Below are positions 33,809-48,777 of a DNA stretch of 64,000 nucleotides, in pieces. The stretch is taken from the NCBI GenBank assembly GCA_963771045.1, contig CAVYRW010000004.1, positions 1,984,001 to 2,048,000 on the forward strand, written 5' to 3'. Under the pieces are notes generated by a model that saw only the letters and a list, made by a program, of their open reading frames with translations, was not told the DNA's origin and made no database searches. Numbering within the stretch: position 1 is the stretch's first letter; the number at the start of each line of letters is the position of its first letter. Position numbers and translations under genes: made by a program. The stretch comes from Waddliaceae bacterium. Its GTDB lineage: Bacteria > Chlamydiota > Chlamydiia > Chlamydiales > SLFE01.

Positions 33809-34612
33809 TTATCTTGCGGCAGCGCGACGGCGTGTGGGAAGCTTAGCAGTAGGACGACGTTGTGAAAGAGTGCTTGTCTTTGCACGAGTTGTCTTACGCT
33901 TAGCTGATTTCTTAGCTGTAGATTTCTTCGCAGCTTTTTTCTTCGCAGGTTTTTTCTTAGCTGTTGTTGTTTTCTTAGCCGCTGTCTTTCTCTTAGCAGG
34001 CTTTTTCTTAGCGGCTGCTTTTCTCTTAGCAGGCTTTTTCTTAGCGGCTGTCTTTTTCTTAGCAGCAGGCTTTTTCTTAGCGGCTGCCTTTCTCTTAGCA
34101 GGCTTTTTCTTAGCAGCTGTCTTTTTCTTAGCAGGCTTTTTCTTAGCTGCTGTCTTTTTCTTAGCAGCAGGCTTTTTCTTAGCTGCTGTCTTTTTCTTAG
34201 CAGCTGTCTTTTTCTTAGCAGGCTTTTTCTTAGCTGCTGTCTTTTTCTTAGCTGCTGTCTTTTTCTTAGCTGCTGTCTTTTTCTTAGCTACTGTCTTTTT
34301 CTTAGCAGCAGGCTTTTTCTTAGCAGCAGGCTTTTTCTTGGCCGCTGTTTTCTTTTTAGCTGTTTTTTTCATAGCTTTTCTTTTAACCCCTTTACTCTTT
34401 TTTGCAGATTTTTTCTTTTTAGCGCCAGTTGACGACCTCTTGGACTTAACTGACTGTTTGCGGAACTGTTTTGCAAGTTTTTCCAACTTGATTGTTCCAG
34501 TTCTAACTCGCTGCGATGCGGATTTGTTCCCGGTACGCGCAGCTTTGGCAAGATCGTCCGAGATTGTAGTAAGAAGATCCTGCATATTTTTTTGGATGGT
34601 TGCTAATGCCAT
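33809..34612 (-). CDS. hctA: histone H1-like protein Hc1 with an extended Lys/Ala repeat tail
   Basis: MALATIQKNMQDLL...GNKSASQRVRTGTIKLEKLAKQFRKQSV (Hc1 N-terminus); synteny yajC-rlmD-hctA-TPR; AGGAG before ATG 34612. Confidence 0.85.
   Translation of the reverse strand: MALATIQKNMQDLLTTISDDLAKAARTGNKSASQRVRTGTIKLEKLAKQFRKQSVKSKRSSTGAKKKKSAKKSKGVKRKAMKKTAKKKTAAKKKPAAKKKPAAKKKTVAKKKTAAKKKTAAKKKTAAKKKPAKKKTAAKKKTAAKKKPAAKKKTAAKKKPAKKKTAAKKKPAKRKAAAKKKPAAKKKTAAKKKPAKRKAAAKKKPAKRKTAAKKTTTAKKKPAKKKAAKKSTAKKSAKRKTTRAKTSTLSQRRPTAKLPTRRRAAAR
33935..34365 (-). repeat. degenerate 15/18-bp tandem coding repeats (KKKTAA/KKKPA)
   Basis: Many copies of ttcttagcagc(tg/agg)ctttt on the + strand. Confidence 0.9.
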
Positions 34613-34939
34613 GTTAGAACTCCTTCTAAATTTGAGTTGCATAGCTAATTCTCTGAATAATTCACTTTACAGAATTTGTGCAAGATTTTTTTTGAATTAT
34701 TTTTTTATTTTTTCTTTCTAATTCAAAAAAAACCTTCCCAAAACGATGTTTGAATATGTATTTCCCGGTATTTCCGGTAGCGAATCATTGAGATTCTTTT
34801 GTGTGATTTTTTAAATTTTTTAAGATATTGTAGGCTTTTAAAAGGGCTCAAAAAATGGAAAAAAACGTTGCTTTTTCAAGAAGTCCAAAGCAAAAAAAAA
34901 GTACACAAAGCCCTTGCTATTAAATAGATGGAATAAAAA

Positions 34940-37561
34940 ATGAAGTTTTTTTATCGGTTGTTATTTTACTTGGTATTCATGCAAGCTATTGTTGTATCCG
35001 CCTCTGAAAAAAAGACCACGCGAATAGACCCCAAGTCACTGAAAAAGAGTTATAAAGAGCTAATTCAACAGGGTCATAGACTCTATGAGGAAGGGGCGCT
35101 TCCTGAAGCTTTAATCCGGTATGAAAAAGCATCGCAGTTAAAAACCAAAATATCACCAAACCTCCGATATAGAATGGCCTCTTTGTATTATCTCATGGAT
35201 GACGACGAGAAAGTGATCGACTTGTTGAAACATAAAATCACCCTCAGTAAAATCCCTGAAACTTATTATCTTTTAGCCTTGTCTTACAAGGACTTAGAGC
35301 AGATTGACCTTGCCAGAAGCTCATTCAAAAAGTATCTGAAAAAAGAAAATATAAAGAAAAGGAATGAAGCTCTCTATGAACTTGCGGACATCGAGTTCAA
35401 TGCGGGAAAATTCGATGAATCCGCCTCCATACTCTCTCGTTTAGCAGAAGAAGAGGCCGGCAATAGGATTTTATTGGCTCTTGCCAAGGTATTTATCAGG
35501 CAAGGAAATCTAGACAAAGCCGAACGTATTCTAAGAGAAAATGTCTATCATGAAACCGAATTATACGAATATGCTCGTTTAATGGGGGAAATTACAATCA
35601 ACCGAGGCCAGTATCAAAAGGCCCTCGACTACTTTTCCGAAGCCAAAAATCGTGCAAGTTCCTATGATTTTGAGCTTTTGGAAGCTGAATTTGAGGCATT
35701 TCTAATTCTGGCTGATGACTTTACCCTGAATCCTTCTAAACGAATCCACTATTGGCAGCAGCTTCATCAGCCATTAAAAGTCCTTATTGGAAAGCAAAAC
35801 TGTTCAACTATTTATTTAGCTCACTACTATCAGACCACTTATAATTTGCTTGGCGATCCTGCTTGTCTCAAAAGAGCCAACTGGCTCCTGAGCGATATTG
35901 AATCCCTTAGCAAGAAGAACAAAACAAAAGCCCTCATATTACAGGCTCAGCTTGCTTTAACCTATGAGGAAAAAGACAGACTCTTTCGGCTTCTCACCGC
36001 AGAAAATATTAATTCTCCCTATGTACTAAAGGGTTGGTATTTAAGAGGGTTGAATGATTTGAAATATGGAGAAAAACACCAGGCACCAGAGGCTTTAAAC
36101 CGAGCCTGCTGCGAGTTTGAAATTGTATGGAGGCGCTGCTTGAACGTTAACAAGCATTTTGCCGGACTGGCGCTCAAATCACATCTGCAGGCCCTACTTG
36201 CCCGCAAGACAAAAAAATCAAAGGAAAGCTCGATTGAACTGATTGCCGCCATTCTTTCACGAAATGACCTAAACCTCCCCAATCTCGATGATATTTTCTA
36301 TCTCAGAGGCCTTGCCGCTTTTGACCTCGATCCCGATTTAGCCGTTGAGTCTTTTGAAAAAGCAATTGAATACAATCAGACTCCGGCAGCGAAAGAGGCG
36401 CTGTTTGCTCTTGGTGCGCTGCACTATCAAAATAACCGACTTGAGACAGCGGAAAAATTATTCTTGGAGTTTGCCAAAAAAAACCCCGACCTTCCAAAAG
36501 CCCCGGAAGCGCTCTTTTTTGCCGCGGAGTGCTCCTCAAAACGAGACATCAAAAAACAGCTGTTCGAAAATTACCCCCTCTCTCCCCATGCTGCCGAAGC
36601 TTACCTTTCCTACTACCCGCAACAAAGGTATATTATGGGAGGCAAGGAAGCCATCGATCATTTGGCCGGGATGCCGGGCCGGTTTCCTGAATCTCCGTGG
36701 TGCATCGAGGCCTATTACTTGCTGGGAATGGACCTCAAACAAGACCGCCGCACAAGCTCGGGCAGCTTATCGAGGCCCAAAGATCCAGCCAAAGCCATGA
36801 AAATGTTTCAACATGCCGAAACGATCTACAGCCAGCTTCAGGAAAAGGGATTCCTATCGGAGCAGCAGCCATATTTTTATACCCTGCGATGCCATGCGGT
36901 CATTGAAAGGGCCCTGACGTATATGCAAATAGCTGAAAATAGCAAAGGGACGAAACTGAAGATTTATTTAGAATACACCAAAGACCTGCTCCAAGGAATG
37001 ATAAAGGAATTTAGGCAAAGCAGCTTTTTGGCAGCCGCGGGCCCTTATCCAAGCCTTTTAGAAGAGTGCGAATATCACCTTGCCATAGCGCATATTAAAA
37101 TGCATGAAGACAAGGAAGCGGAAACAATTTTATCTGAAATGCAAAAAGAATATCGAAAATCAAAAATTACAAGAGGCTATTACCTATCCCTTGTGTATTA
37201 TGAATCGGCCATGATTGAAAAACGAAGGGGCCAAACCTTAGAAGCACTCGATCTATTGAGGGAGGCCGAAGATGCGGCAAAAGGGAAGGTCGTCACCTCG
37301 GATCAGCTGCTCGATATTTGGATTCAACAAAGTTTGTGTTATCTTGATCTTTGCGATGACGAGATGGCTATGAAAATTTTGTCCCATGTCATCAATCAGG
37401 ATGTTGCCTCAACCCAGCGGTTAAAGGCCATGTTCTTGAGATCGAACATTTATGAAAGTCAAGGAAGAAAAGAACTTGCCTTAAGGCAGCTTGAAGCCCT
37501 GGCAAAACAGCAGGGAGAATGGGCGATAAAAGCAAAGGAAAAATTACAAATTTATGATTAA
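34940..37561 (+). CDS. large exported TPR protein (chlamydial conserved)
   Basis: Signal peptide, repeated TPR motifs, divergent from hctA. Confidence 0.8.
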   Translation: MKFFYRLLFYLVFMQAIVVSASEKKTTRIDPKSLKKSYKELIQQGHRLYEEGALPEALIRYEKASQLKTKISPNLRYRMASLYYLMDDDEKVIDLLKHKITLSKIPETYYLLALSYKDLEQIDLARSSFKKYLKKENIKKRNEALYELADIEFNAGKFDESASILSRLAEEEAGNRILLALAKVFIRQGNLDKAERILRENVYHETELYEYARLMGEITINRGQYQKALDYFSEAKNRASSYDFELLEAEFEAFLILADDFTLNPSKRIHYWQQLHQPLKVLIGKQNCSTIYLAHYYQTTYNLLGDPACLKRANWLLSDIESLSKKNKTKALILQAQLALTYEEKDRLFRLLTAENINSPYVLKGWYLRGLNDLKYGEKHQAPEALNRACCEFEIVWRRCLNVNKHFAGLALKSHLQALLARKTKKSKESSIELIAAILSRNDLNLPNLDDIFYLRGLAAFDLDPDLAVESFEKAIEYNQTPAAKEALFALGALHYQNNRLETAEKLFLEFAKKNPDLPKAPEALFFAAECSSKRDIKKQLFENYPLSPHAAEAYLSYYPQQRYIMGGKEAIDHLAGMPGRFPESPWCIEAYYLLGMDLKQDRRTSSGSLSRPKDPAKAMKMFQHAETIYSQLQEKGFLSEQQPYFYTLRCHAVIERALTYMQIAENSKGTKLKIYLEYTKDLLQGMIKEFRQSSFLAAAGPYPSLLEECEYHLAIAHIKMHEDKEAETILSEMQKEYRKSKITRGYYLSLVYYESAMIEKRRGQTLEALDLLREAEDAAKGKVVTSDQLLDIWIQQSLCYLDLCDDEMAMKILSHVINQDVASTQRLKAMFLRSNIYESQGRKELALRQLEALAKQQGEWAIKAKEKLQIYD

Positions 37562-38207
37562 CACTTTCATTTTAAATTATTTTGAAATTTTCACTACCAA
37601 CGCCAATTGGAATATTATTTTACTGATTATCCTTTTATGTTCCATTGTCGGCGTAACTATTTTTGTAGAAAGAATCCTCTTTCTCAGAAAATCCGAAATC
37701 AATACAAATCAGTTCATTATTCAGCTAAGACCTATTATCAGGGAAAAGAATATGGTCTCAGCCATTCAGCTTTGTGAAAACACCGGCGGAGCTATCGCCA
37801 ATATTATCAAACACGGCATCTGCAAACACAACCGCAGCCAAAACGAAATTGAAAATGCCATGGAGATAGCAGGGCTCATGGAAATTTCCAAATTGGAAAA
37901 AAATGCCAAAATATTATCCATACTTGCCCATGTCGCCCCCCTGATCGGACTGCTTGGAACAGTTTTGGGATTTATCCAGGCATTTGCTGAAATGAGGCTA
38001 AGCGGCCTTGTCGACATCTCTGCAACACGCATAGGAGAGGCCATGGAGTATGCGCTCATCACCACTGCTGCCGGGCTTGTCGTAGCCATACCCTGCGTTA
38101 TCGCTTATAATTATATTGTGAGCCGTATAGAAAATTTCATCCTTGAAATTCAGACTACATCATCGGAAGTGGTCGATCTGCTTGTGCATAATGAGGACGA
38201 TTATTGA
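37554..38207 (+). CDS. exbB: MotA/TolQ/ExbB proton channel protein
   Basis: APLIGLLGTVLG, ALITTAAGLVVAIP. Confidence 0.9.
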   Translation: MINTFILNYFEIFTTNANWNIILLIILLCSIVGVTIFVERILFLRKSEINTNQFIIQLRPIIREKNMVSAIQLCENTGGAIANIIKHGICKHNRSQNEIENAMEIAGLMEISKLEKNAKILSILAHVAPLIGLLGTVLGFIQAFAEMRLSGLVDISATRIGEAMEYALITTAAGLVVAIPCVIAYNYIVSRIENFILEIQTTSSEVVDLLVHNEDDY

Positions 38208-38644
38208 AATTCCAAACCCGACTGAAAAGTTCCTTCAGCCTGATAGACTTAACTCCGCTTGTCGACGTTGTCTTTCTCATGCTGATTTTTTTCATCGTCA
38301 CATCCGACATCCTCCCCTTAAAATCTTTAAATATTGAAAATCCAAGCCTTAAGGAAGACTCCTCCCCGCTGACAACACAGCTTTTAGTCGTCATGGATGC
38401 CCAAAACGTTATCTATATGGGATCAAAAAAAGCCATTGTCGATATGACAACTGTAAAACAACGTCTGGAAGAAGAGATCGGAAAAATTAAAAAACGGCAT
38501 CCCAAAGCAAATCCCTCAGTAGTTTTAAGCGTTGACCGGCGAGTCGATTATGGATCTTTTCTGAAACTATTTTCCATTGCTCAGGGATGCTGTCCCAAAA
38601 TAAGGCTGATCTATCAAATGGAAGAGTCCTATGCTCACGATTGA
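38204..38644 (+). CDS. exbD: ExbD/TolR biopolymer transport protein
   Basis: IDLTPLVDVVFLMLIFF. Confidence 0.9.
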   Translation: MKFQTRLKSSFSLIDLTPLVDVVFLMLIFFIVTSDILPLKSLNIENPSLKEDSSPLTTQLLVVMDAQNVIYMGSKKAIVDMTTVKQRLEEEIGKIKKRHPKANPSVVLSVDRRVDYGSFLKLFSIAQGCCPKIRLIYQMEESYAHD

Positions 38645-39278
38645 CCGCGACCGGAACTACTCTCTCAAAGTTCATCAACGTGGGAAATTTTGGAATAAAA
38701 CATTGATATTTTCATTGTGCTTTGCTTTATGCCTCCACTTCTCGGCATTTGTTCTCTTTAAAGTAAAACCGATAGCCGCAGCAAAGTCCAAAAAAATTCT
38801 CCCCCTCATTTCCGTTGCCTTAGAATCTTCGGGAATTGAGCAGGGTGATGTTTCCGCATCCATCCCTGAAGATCCCAAGCCTCTCTTTTCACTGCCTGCC
38901 CGCCCCAAACAGAAACCAAGACCCTTCAATCTTACATTAGGCCCTAAGACCAAGTTCATCGGCACAGAAAGCCGGCTTCTGACATCTCGAAGGAAAAATT
39001 CTCCATATATTCCCCCTGCTCCAAGCAAAGAAACCCCGTCGGTATCGTTTGTACTTCTTGGCACACTTGCCGATAGAACGATTGCAAAAACGATTCCTTC
39101 CTTAAAGGCAAACTCCATTAAAAATAGTCAATATTCAGTGACGGTCGACGATAAAACAGGCAGCATTATCTGGATTTACCCCTCGGACGACCTCGGTCTT
39201 CTCATAAGTAAAATCAAGTTAAATCAACTTCCAAGCCAAACACTGACAAAAGGAATTCTCGAGGTGCAGGTCAAATGA
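38631..39278 (+). CDS. membrane-anchored Pro-rich protein, possible TonB/TolA analogue
   Basis: Single TM containing His (ALCLH), Pro/Lys-rich linker, follows exbBD. Confidence 0.5.
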   Translation: MLTIDRDRNYSLKVHQRGKFWNKTLIFSLCFALCLHFSAFVLFKVKPIAAAKSKKILPLISVALESSGIEQGDVSASIPEDPKPLFSLPARPKQKPRPFNLTLGPKTKFIGTESRLLTSRRKNSPYIPPAPSKETPSVSFVLLGTLADRTIAKTIPSLKANSIKNSQYSVTVDDKTGSIIWIYPSDDLGLLISKIKLNQLPSQTLTKGILEVQVK

Positions 39279-39514
39279 TAGAACTTGCCCCGCACACTGC
39301 CGTTATGATCTATCTCGGACTGACGATACTCGCAATGCTCTCCATTTGGCTGACGAGCCATTTCCGCCTTCGGAAAAAAAACGTTGTTATCTCCAAGCAA
39401 AAACTCGTAGCCTGCGAGTACTGCAGCCAGGTGTATTTGTCAGCCATTGAAAAAAGAGTTTCCAAATGCCCCGTCTGCTCCTCTTTTAATGAATCTGAAG
39501 ACGTTGCAAAATAA
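39275..39514 (+). CDS. small TM + zinc-ribbon protein
   Basis: N-terminal TM, CEYC...CPVC; overlaps the previous stop. Confidence 0.65.
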   Translation: MIELAPHTAVMIYLGLTILAMLSIWLTSHFRLRKKNVVISKQKLVACEYCSQVYLSAIEKRVSKCPVCSSFNESEDVAK

Positions 39515-39538
39515 TCATCCATATGACATGGAAAAGTT

Positions 39539-40345
39539 ATGCAGGCGCCTGATGAAATAACAATCAAGGTCACTCAGAATCAACAAGAGATTCATATTCC
39601 AGAAAATATCAGAACTGAGCTTGAAGAAATCTGCAGACGGAAGTTGAAAGAACAGCAGCAAGAAAAGCAAAACAATGTTTATAAAGCTGAAATTATCAAC
39701 CATAAAATTCACCGGATTCTTCCGAATAATTCTTCCATCCCTAGGCAAATATTGAACTTAATCAAACAAAATTCCGTTTTTGACCAGTTCACCATTTTCC
39801 TAGATACATGTCATGGAATCAAAAGAACAACCGAGCAATGGAATCCGGAAGAAATCGATTTCAATCATGAAATCTTTTGCAGCCTTTCCTTTATCCACAA
39901 AGATCTTTCGGAAATAATAGTGCAACACTCTCAAGGCGATTGCAACGAAGTTTATGATCTGATAAAAAAACTTTTAGAACAAGCCTACATGCCTTCAAAT
40001 ATCAAATTCTTGATTAATGAAGCCAAAAACATCACAAAGCTCACCGAATTCGAATTCACTCAGGATTTAAAGGACCATTTGACCCGAGAATTAGCAAATA
40101 TCGAAAAATTTCGGAATTTTAAAGAATACATTAATTGCTGCAAACAAGCGCTAAAAATGAAAAAAGAAGGACAGGATTATCAAACCCGCTCAATAAAATT
40201 AAAACCGTCCTTTTTCCCATCTTCCATTTCGATTTTCCGAAAGAGAGAAAAGGAAAACGCACTTGTCATCATCCTGGCAAAAAAACTGTTAAAAATTGTC
40301 GAAACACCAATTTCAAAAAAATACTTCAGCCTTTTCTGGAGTTAG
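39539..40345 (+). CDS. hypothetical protein
   Basis: 268-aa AT-rich ORF. Confidence 0.5.
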   Translation: MQAPDEITIKVTQNQQEIHIPENIRTELEEICRRKLKEQQQEKQNNVYKAEIINHKIHRILPNNSSIPRQILNLIKQNSVFDQFTIFLDTCHGIKRTTEQWNPEEIDFNHEIFCSLSFIHKDLSEIIVQHSQGDCNEVYDLIKKLLEQAYMPSNIKFLINEAKNITKLTEFEFTQDLKDHLTRELANIEKFRNFKEYINCCKQALKMKKEGQDYQTRSIKLKPSFFPSSISIFRKREKENALVIILAKKLLKIVETPISKKYFSLFWS

Positions 40346-41543
40346 ATTAGGATTCATTGTACGGGCATAGATTTCCGCGGTCATATCAGGCATCATTTGC
40401 AGCAAAAGCTCAGCGCGGTTGTCCCAGGTGTGATCTCGTTTGACGATTTCTTTGCCGATGCTCGTCTTTTCGAGACGCGATGATTCATCGGACAAAATAT
40501 CTTGAATGAGGTCGCCTACAATCTCCCTTTGATCAAACCGATAATACTCAATTCCTTTATTTGTTCCGAACACCTCATGAGGATAAAGGTTTTCACTAGT
40601 AAGAACCGTGCATCCGGTGCTTAAACCGATAAATAGCCTTTCATGCGATCCGTTTTTGAAAAATGGCGTGCTGTTCAAACAGATTTTGCATCTTTTTAAG
40701 ATCTCATACGATTGATTGAAGGGAACCGGTTTATGAACTGTAATATTCGGCACTTCCGACAAATACTGGCTCCATCCTTTCAGATTCCTCCCTTCAAGCC
40801 AGAAAATATCACCAAAAACATGAACGTCTGCATCTTTGATGCTTTTCAAAAGCTCCAGCCTGTCATAGCCGCGCAAATAATAATCGATATAAGTGTAAAT
40901 CGTTTGAAAATCAAACGTTTTGGGATCGAGTCCCTCTTTCACCCACTCCTCGGGCAAAATTTGGACAAAAGAAGATTTGGGTTCTGCAAAAGTTCGTTCG
41001 ATAACCGCCTCGATCACCCTTCCCACAGGCTTCGGATACTGCCTTTCCCAGGCCGCTCTGACGCTTTCATGATCATAGCAGCTTCCCATCAAAACCACAT
41101 CATAGGGGCGCTCTGTCTCTAGCGACGCCTCTGCAAGAGACTTTTCTACTGCGTGAGGAAAGAAAAATCGGGTATTCAATCCTGCCGAGGCAAGGATCGC
41201 ATCATCGTTGCGATCGACGAAAGTCATCACCGAATAATCGCTTTTTGTTAAATGCAGGTAGTAAATCGCCGGATCGACCAAGAAAGAGACATGGGGCGTT
41301 TCCAAAGCATCCCAGATGAATGTCTCGTCCTCCATGCGGCATCATCGTATTGAATGTACACATGAAATTTGGACCAAATTGATAGAGAACCGATATTTGA
41401 TCTTTATTCAACTCCAGGTCCCGGATGTCAATGGTTTTTGTGTCAATGCCCAGTCGTTTAAAGGCACGCTCAAGACCTGCTGCGAACTCTCTTTTGGAGT
41501 TGTAAAGATTATCATGAACGAGAAAACAAACCTTGCCAATCAT
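40313..41543 (-). CDS. glycosyltransferase (CgeB/Glyco_trans_1_2-like), +1 frameshift at ~41336
   Basis: KICLNSTPFFKNGSHERLF..GC, HTWDNRA. ORFs 41202..41543 and 40313..41335 join as ...NTMMP-MEDETF when one C is removed. Confidence 0.8.
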
Positions 41544-42922
41544 AATTTTTTTATCCTGTCTAGCGCTTCAGCAGCAGTAATTCTTGCGCGCGGATCAGGA
41601 TTCATCATATCCTTGATCAAAAGTCCCTCCTTATCCTCTGGCTGAAAACTCTCATACCACTTTTGAATTGACTGGATAATACCATCTAACCTTTTAGGGC
41701 CGGCAATATCATTCTCATCTATCTGACGGCCATTAATATAACCCGGAAATTTAAGATACTTTAAACAATACAAACAAATCCCCGTGCTGTAAACGTCGGT
41801 TTTTTGTCCTATTAATTGTTCGTGCTCTGAGGTAAGCGATTCTGCTTGAATACGGGATTGAGACCCTTTAGGATAGCTATTTGCTTCAAAAGTGAATTTA
41901 CCGAATTTAAGAATTTCAGGAGACAGATAGGTCGGCGTTCCTCTGAATTTCACATTAGCATTTGCCGCATCCGTAGCAAAACCAAAATCGCCAATCTTTG
42001 CTTTTCCTTTGACAAGAAAAATATTGTCGAGCTTGATATCTAAGTGAATCACTCCTTCCTTATGGATATTATCGAGCCCTTGTAAAATATTTAGACTATA
42101 TTGAAGTCTTTTTGGATTGTTTTTCCATTCCTGCTGGACATCTTCAGCCTGATCGCTCAGACGTATCAGATAATCACAGAAATCATCTTCGGCGATTTCG
42201 AAAATCATATTAACTTTTGGCCTCTGCTCAACCGAATACCCTTTAACTGCATAAACCGTATACCCTTTGAGTTGAATAATGCCCTTTTTGCTTTTAAATC
42301 GTTTGAGCATCGCTATCTCTTTTTCAAATCGTTTTTTCGCTTTAAGCAAGTCATTTTGCTTTGGGTTAGGATTTATTTTTTTTGATGCTGCTATTGGTGT
42401 TCCGGTAGCAACATAAATAATTTCTTTATTTTTCATACCGAGGCAAAACGATAGCTTAATAAATTTTTCTCCCCCTTCATTAATCTCAGATTTTAAATGA
42501 ACATGAATGATCATATCGTTGGAATTCTTTGCATTTTTAGGAACTTGAACCTGTATCGTATTCGGCAAGCTAATCTCTTCTTTTCGATAAAGCCTGGGTT
42601 CTTCAAATAACTTTTCTCTGTTCTTATCTATATAATAGATAATCTTTTTCAAATCGTTATAAGAAATAGTATCTTTCCCCCGATAAGTTCCAACTCCTTC
42701 TTCCTTAAATACTTGTTTTGAAACAAGTGACACCTTATCTTTTTTAGTCCTGATTTTTTTACCATAACGTATTGAAGATGAAGTAGTTACTGTTTGTTTC
42801 TTACGATCTCTTCTGAAGTATCTTAAAATACTTATAAAGCGGTTTTTAAGTCCTTCTTCAGGTTTAATTTTTGAACATTGATAGGGATTTACTGAGCTGG
42901 TTTCATTTGAATGAACATCCAT
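41540..42922 (-). CDS. Hanks-type Ser/Thr protein kinase, probable effector
   Basis: IHLDIKLDN, IGDFG, GTPTYLSPE, DVYSTG, DPRARITA. Confidence 0.9.
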   Translation of the reverse strand: MDVHSNETSSVNPYQCSKIKPEEGLKNRFISILRYFRRDRKKQTVTTSSSIRYGKKIRTKKDKVSLVSKQVFKEEGVGTYRGKDTISYNDLKKIIYYIDKNREKLFEEPRLYRKEEISLPNTIQVQVPKNAKNSNDMIIHVHLKSEINEGGEKFIKLSFCLGMKNKEIIYVATGTPIAASKKINPNPKQNDLLKAKKRFEKEIAMLKRFKSKKGIIQLKGYTVYAVKGYSVEQRPKVNMIFEIAEDDFCDYLIRLSDQAEDVQQEWKNNPKRLQYSLNILQGLDNIHKEGVIHLDIKLDNIFLVKGKAKIGDFGFATDAANANVKFRGTPTYLSPEILKFGKFTFEANSYPKGSQSRIQAESLTSEHEQLIGQKTDVYSTGICLYCLKYLKFPGYINGRQIDENDIAGPKRLDGIIQSIQKWYESFQPEDKEGLLIKDMMNPDPRARITAAEALDRIKKL

Positions 42923-43201
42923 AATTATATCTCAACTAGTAAATAAAAATTTAAGTATAATATTATTATAACAAATAACAATATAAACAAACTAAAATTT
43001 TTAAATAAAAGTTAAAATATTTTTTTTAAGATAAAAACACCATTGATATTCAAAGAGATAGGAAAATTAAAGGGAAGAGAGTAGAAATTGGTAGTAAAAG
43101 CTGACGCTTACGGAAGTGGCGAAAGACTTAGTAGTCGATAGGGTACTAGATCATCCCTCACAAAGAACTAAGCCGGCAAATTGCAAAACGACAAAAAAAA
43201 A

Positions 43202-43316
43202 CCTGGCAGCGACCTACTCTTCCACACTCTTGCGTGCAGTACCATCGGCGATGGAGGGCTTGACTTCTGAGTTCGGTATGGGTTCAGGTATTTCCCCTCC
43301 TCTATTGCTGCCAGGA
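43202..43316 (-). rRNA. rrf: 5S rRNA
   Basis: Reverse complement CCTGGCAGCAATAG...CCGAACTCAGAAGTCAAG...GAGTAGGTCGCTGCCAGG. Confidence 0.93.
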
Positions 43317-43446
43317 TAAATTGATTCTTTCTTTAAGAAACTTGCAAAATACAGTTTTGCTAGCCTCTCTTATTGATAAAAAATAGCGCTTAAAGTCTCT
43401 TCTATAAGACTCGCAGCTCGGTTGCCCACTAGCTTTAAAAAAAAAG

Positions 43447-46398
<2,952 letters not shown>

Positions 46399-46599
46399 AA
46401 TTATATGATAAATGGAGAGCAGCTTGCATGCTGCTCATATAAAAAATAAGTCTTGGGTCAAGCTAGTGTTTCTCTTGAGCCACGATCGTCGTTATAGAAG
46501 ATTCTTCAAGCGCTAATTTTTATCAATAAATTGCGACTTGAATCTTTACTTATCTACTTTCTGTCCAAATAGCTTTTCTTCAACTCAAGGTTGATTAAT

Positions 46600-46676
46600 T
46601 GGTGCGGTTACCAAGACTTGAACTTGGGACCTCGACATTATCAGTGTCGCGCTCTAACCAACTGAGCTATAACCGC
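46600..46676 (-). tRNA. tRNA-Ile(GAT)
   Basis: GCGGTTATAGCTCAGTTGGTTAGAGCGCGACACTGATAATGTCG...GTAACCGCACCA. Confidence 0.95.
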
Positions 46677-46687
46677 ATATCTGATGT

Positions 46688-46760
46688 TGGAGGCTAGGAG
46701 ATTCGAACTCCTGACCTTCTGAATGCAAATCAGACGCTCTACCAACTGAGCTAAGCCCCC
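46688..46760 (-). tRNA. tRNA-Ala(TGC), CCA not encoded
   Basis: GGGGGCTTAGCTCAGTTGGTAGAGCGTCTGATTTGCATTCAGAAGG...CCTAGCCTCCA; G3:U70 pair. Confidence 0.95.
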
Positions 46761-46876
46761 AGATCGTCTTAGAGAAAATCTGAATAACAGCATTTGACAG
46801 TATAAAGAAGGTAATGTGTGCGGGCAAAGTTTGCTCAACCTAGTCTTACGGAAAAAATCCGTAAAAACTGTCCTTT

Positions 46877-48438
<1,562 letters not shown>

Positions 48439-48604
48439 AAAATAAACTTTGAAAAGTTGAAAAAAAATTTCTCGACGGTAGTTATACCATCGCACAAACT
48501 TCGCGTATCACACACATTACCTTGTCTATACTGTCAAAATACCAAAAAAATCGTTCTGAAGACGATTTATCCTTCGAGCGAATAGTTCGTCCGAAGAAGA
48601 AATG

Positions 48605-48634
48605 AATATACTTGTTTTACAGATATATTAGCAA
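48605..48634 (-). promoter_or_regulatory. putative rRNA operon promoter
   Basis: TTGCTA-18 bp-TATATT upstream of the 16S leader. Confidence 0.35.
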
Positions 48635-48777
48635 ACAGATTTTATCGAAAACGTAAAATTTTGTGATTTTTTTGAAAAAACCGCAGTGATTCACCCGATT
48701 GCCGTTCTATTATTGCTCAAACCATTGTGGATATGTGAGTCTTGACAAATCCCTGGCAAAGAGTTAAAAAAATTAAC

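Noticed and set aside
33935..34365. Possible CRISPR array
   Set aside because: These are coding tandem repeats without unique spacers, and no cas genes are in the window.
33792..34721. 309-aa hydrophobic FFLAA-repeat ORF that looks like a membrane protein
   Set aside because: It is the antisense shadow of the hctA Lys/Ala repeats.
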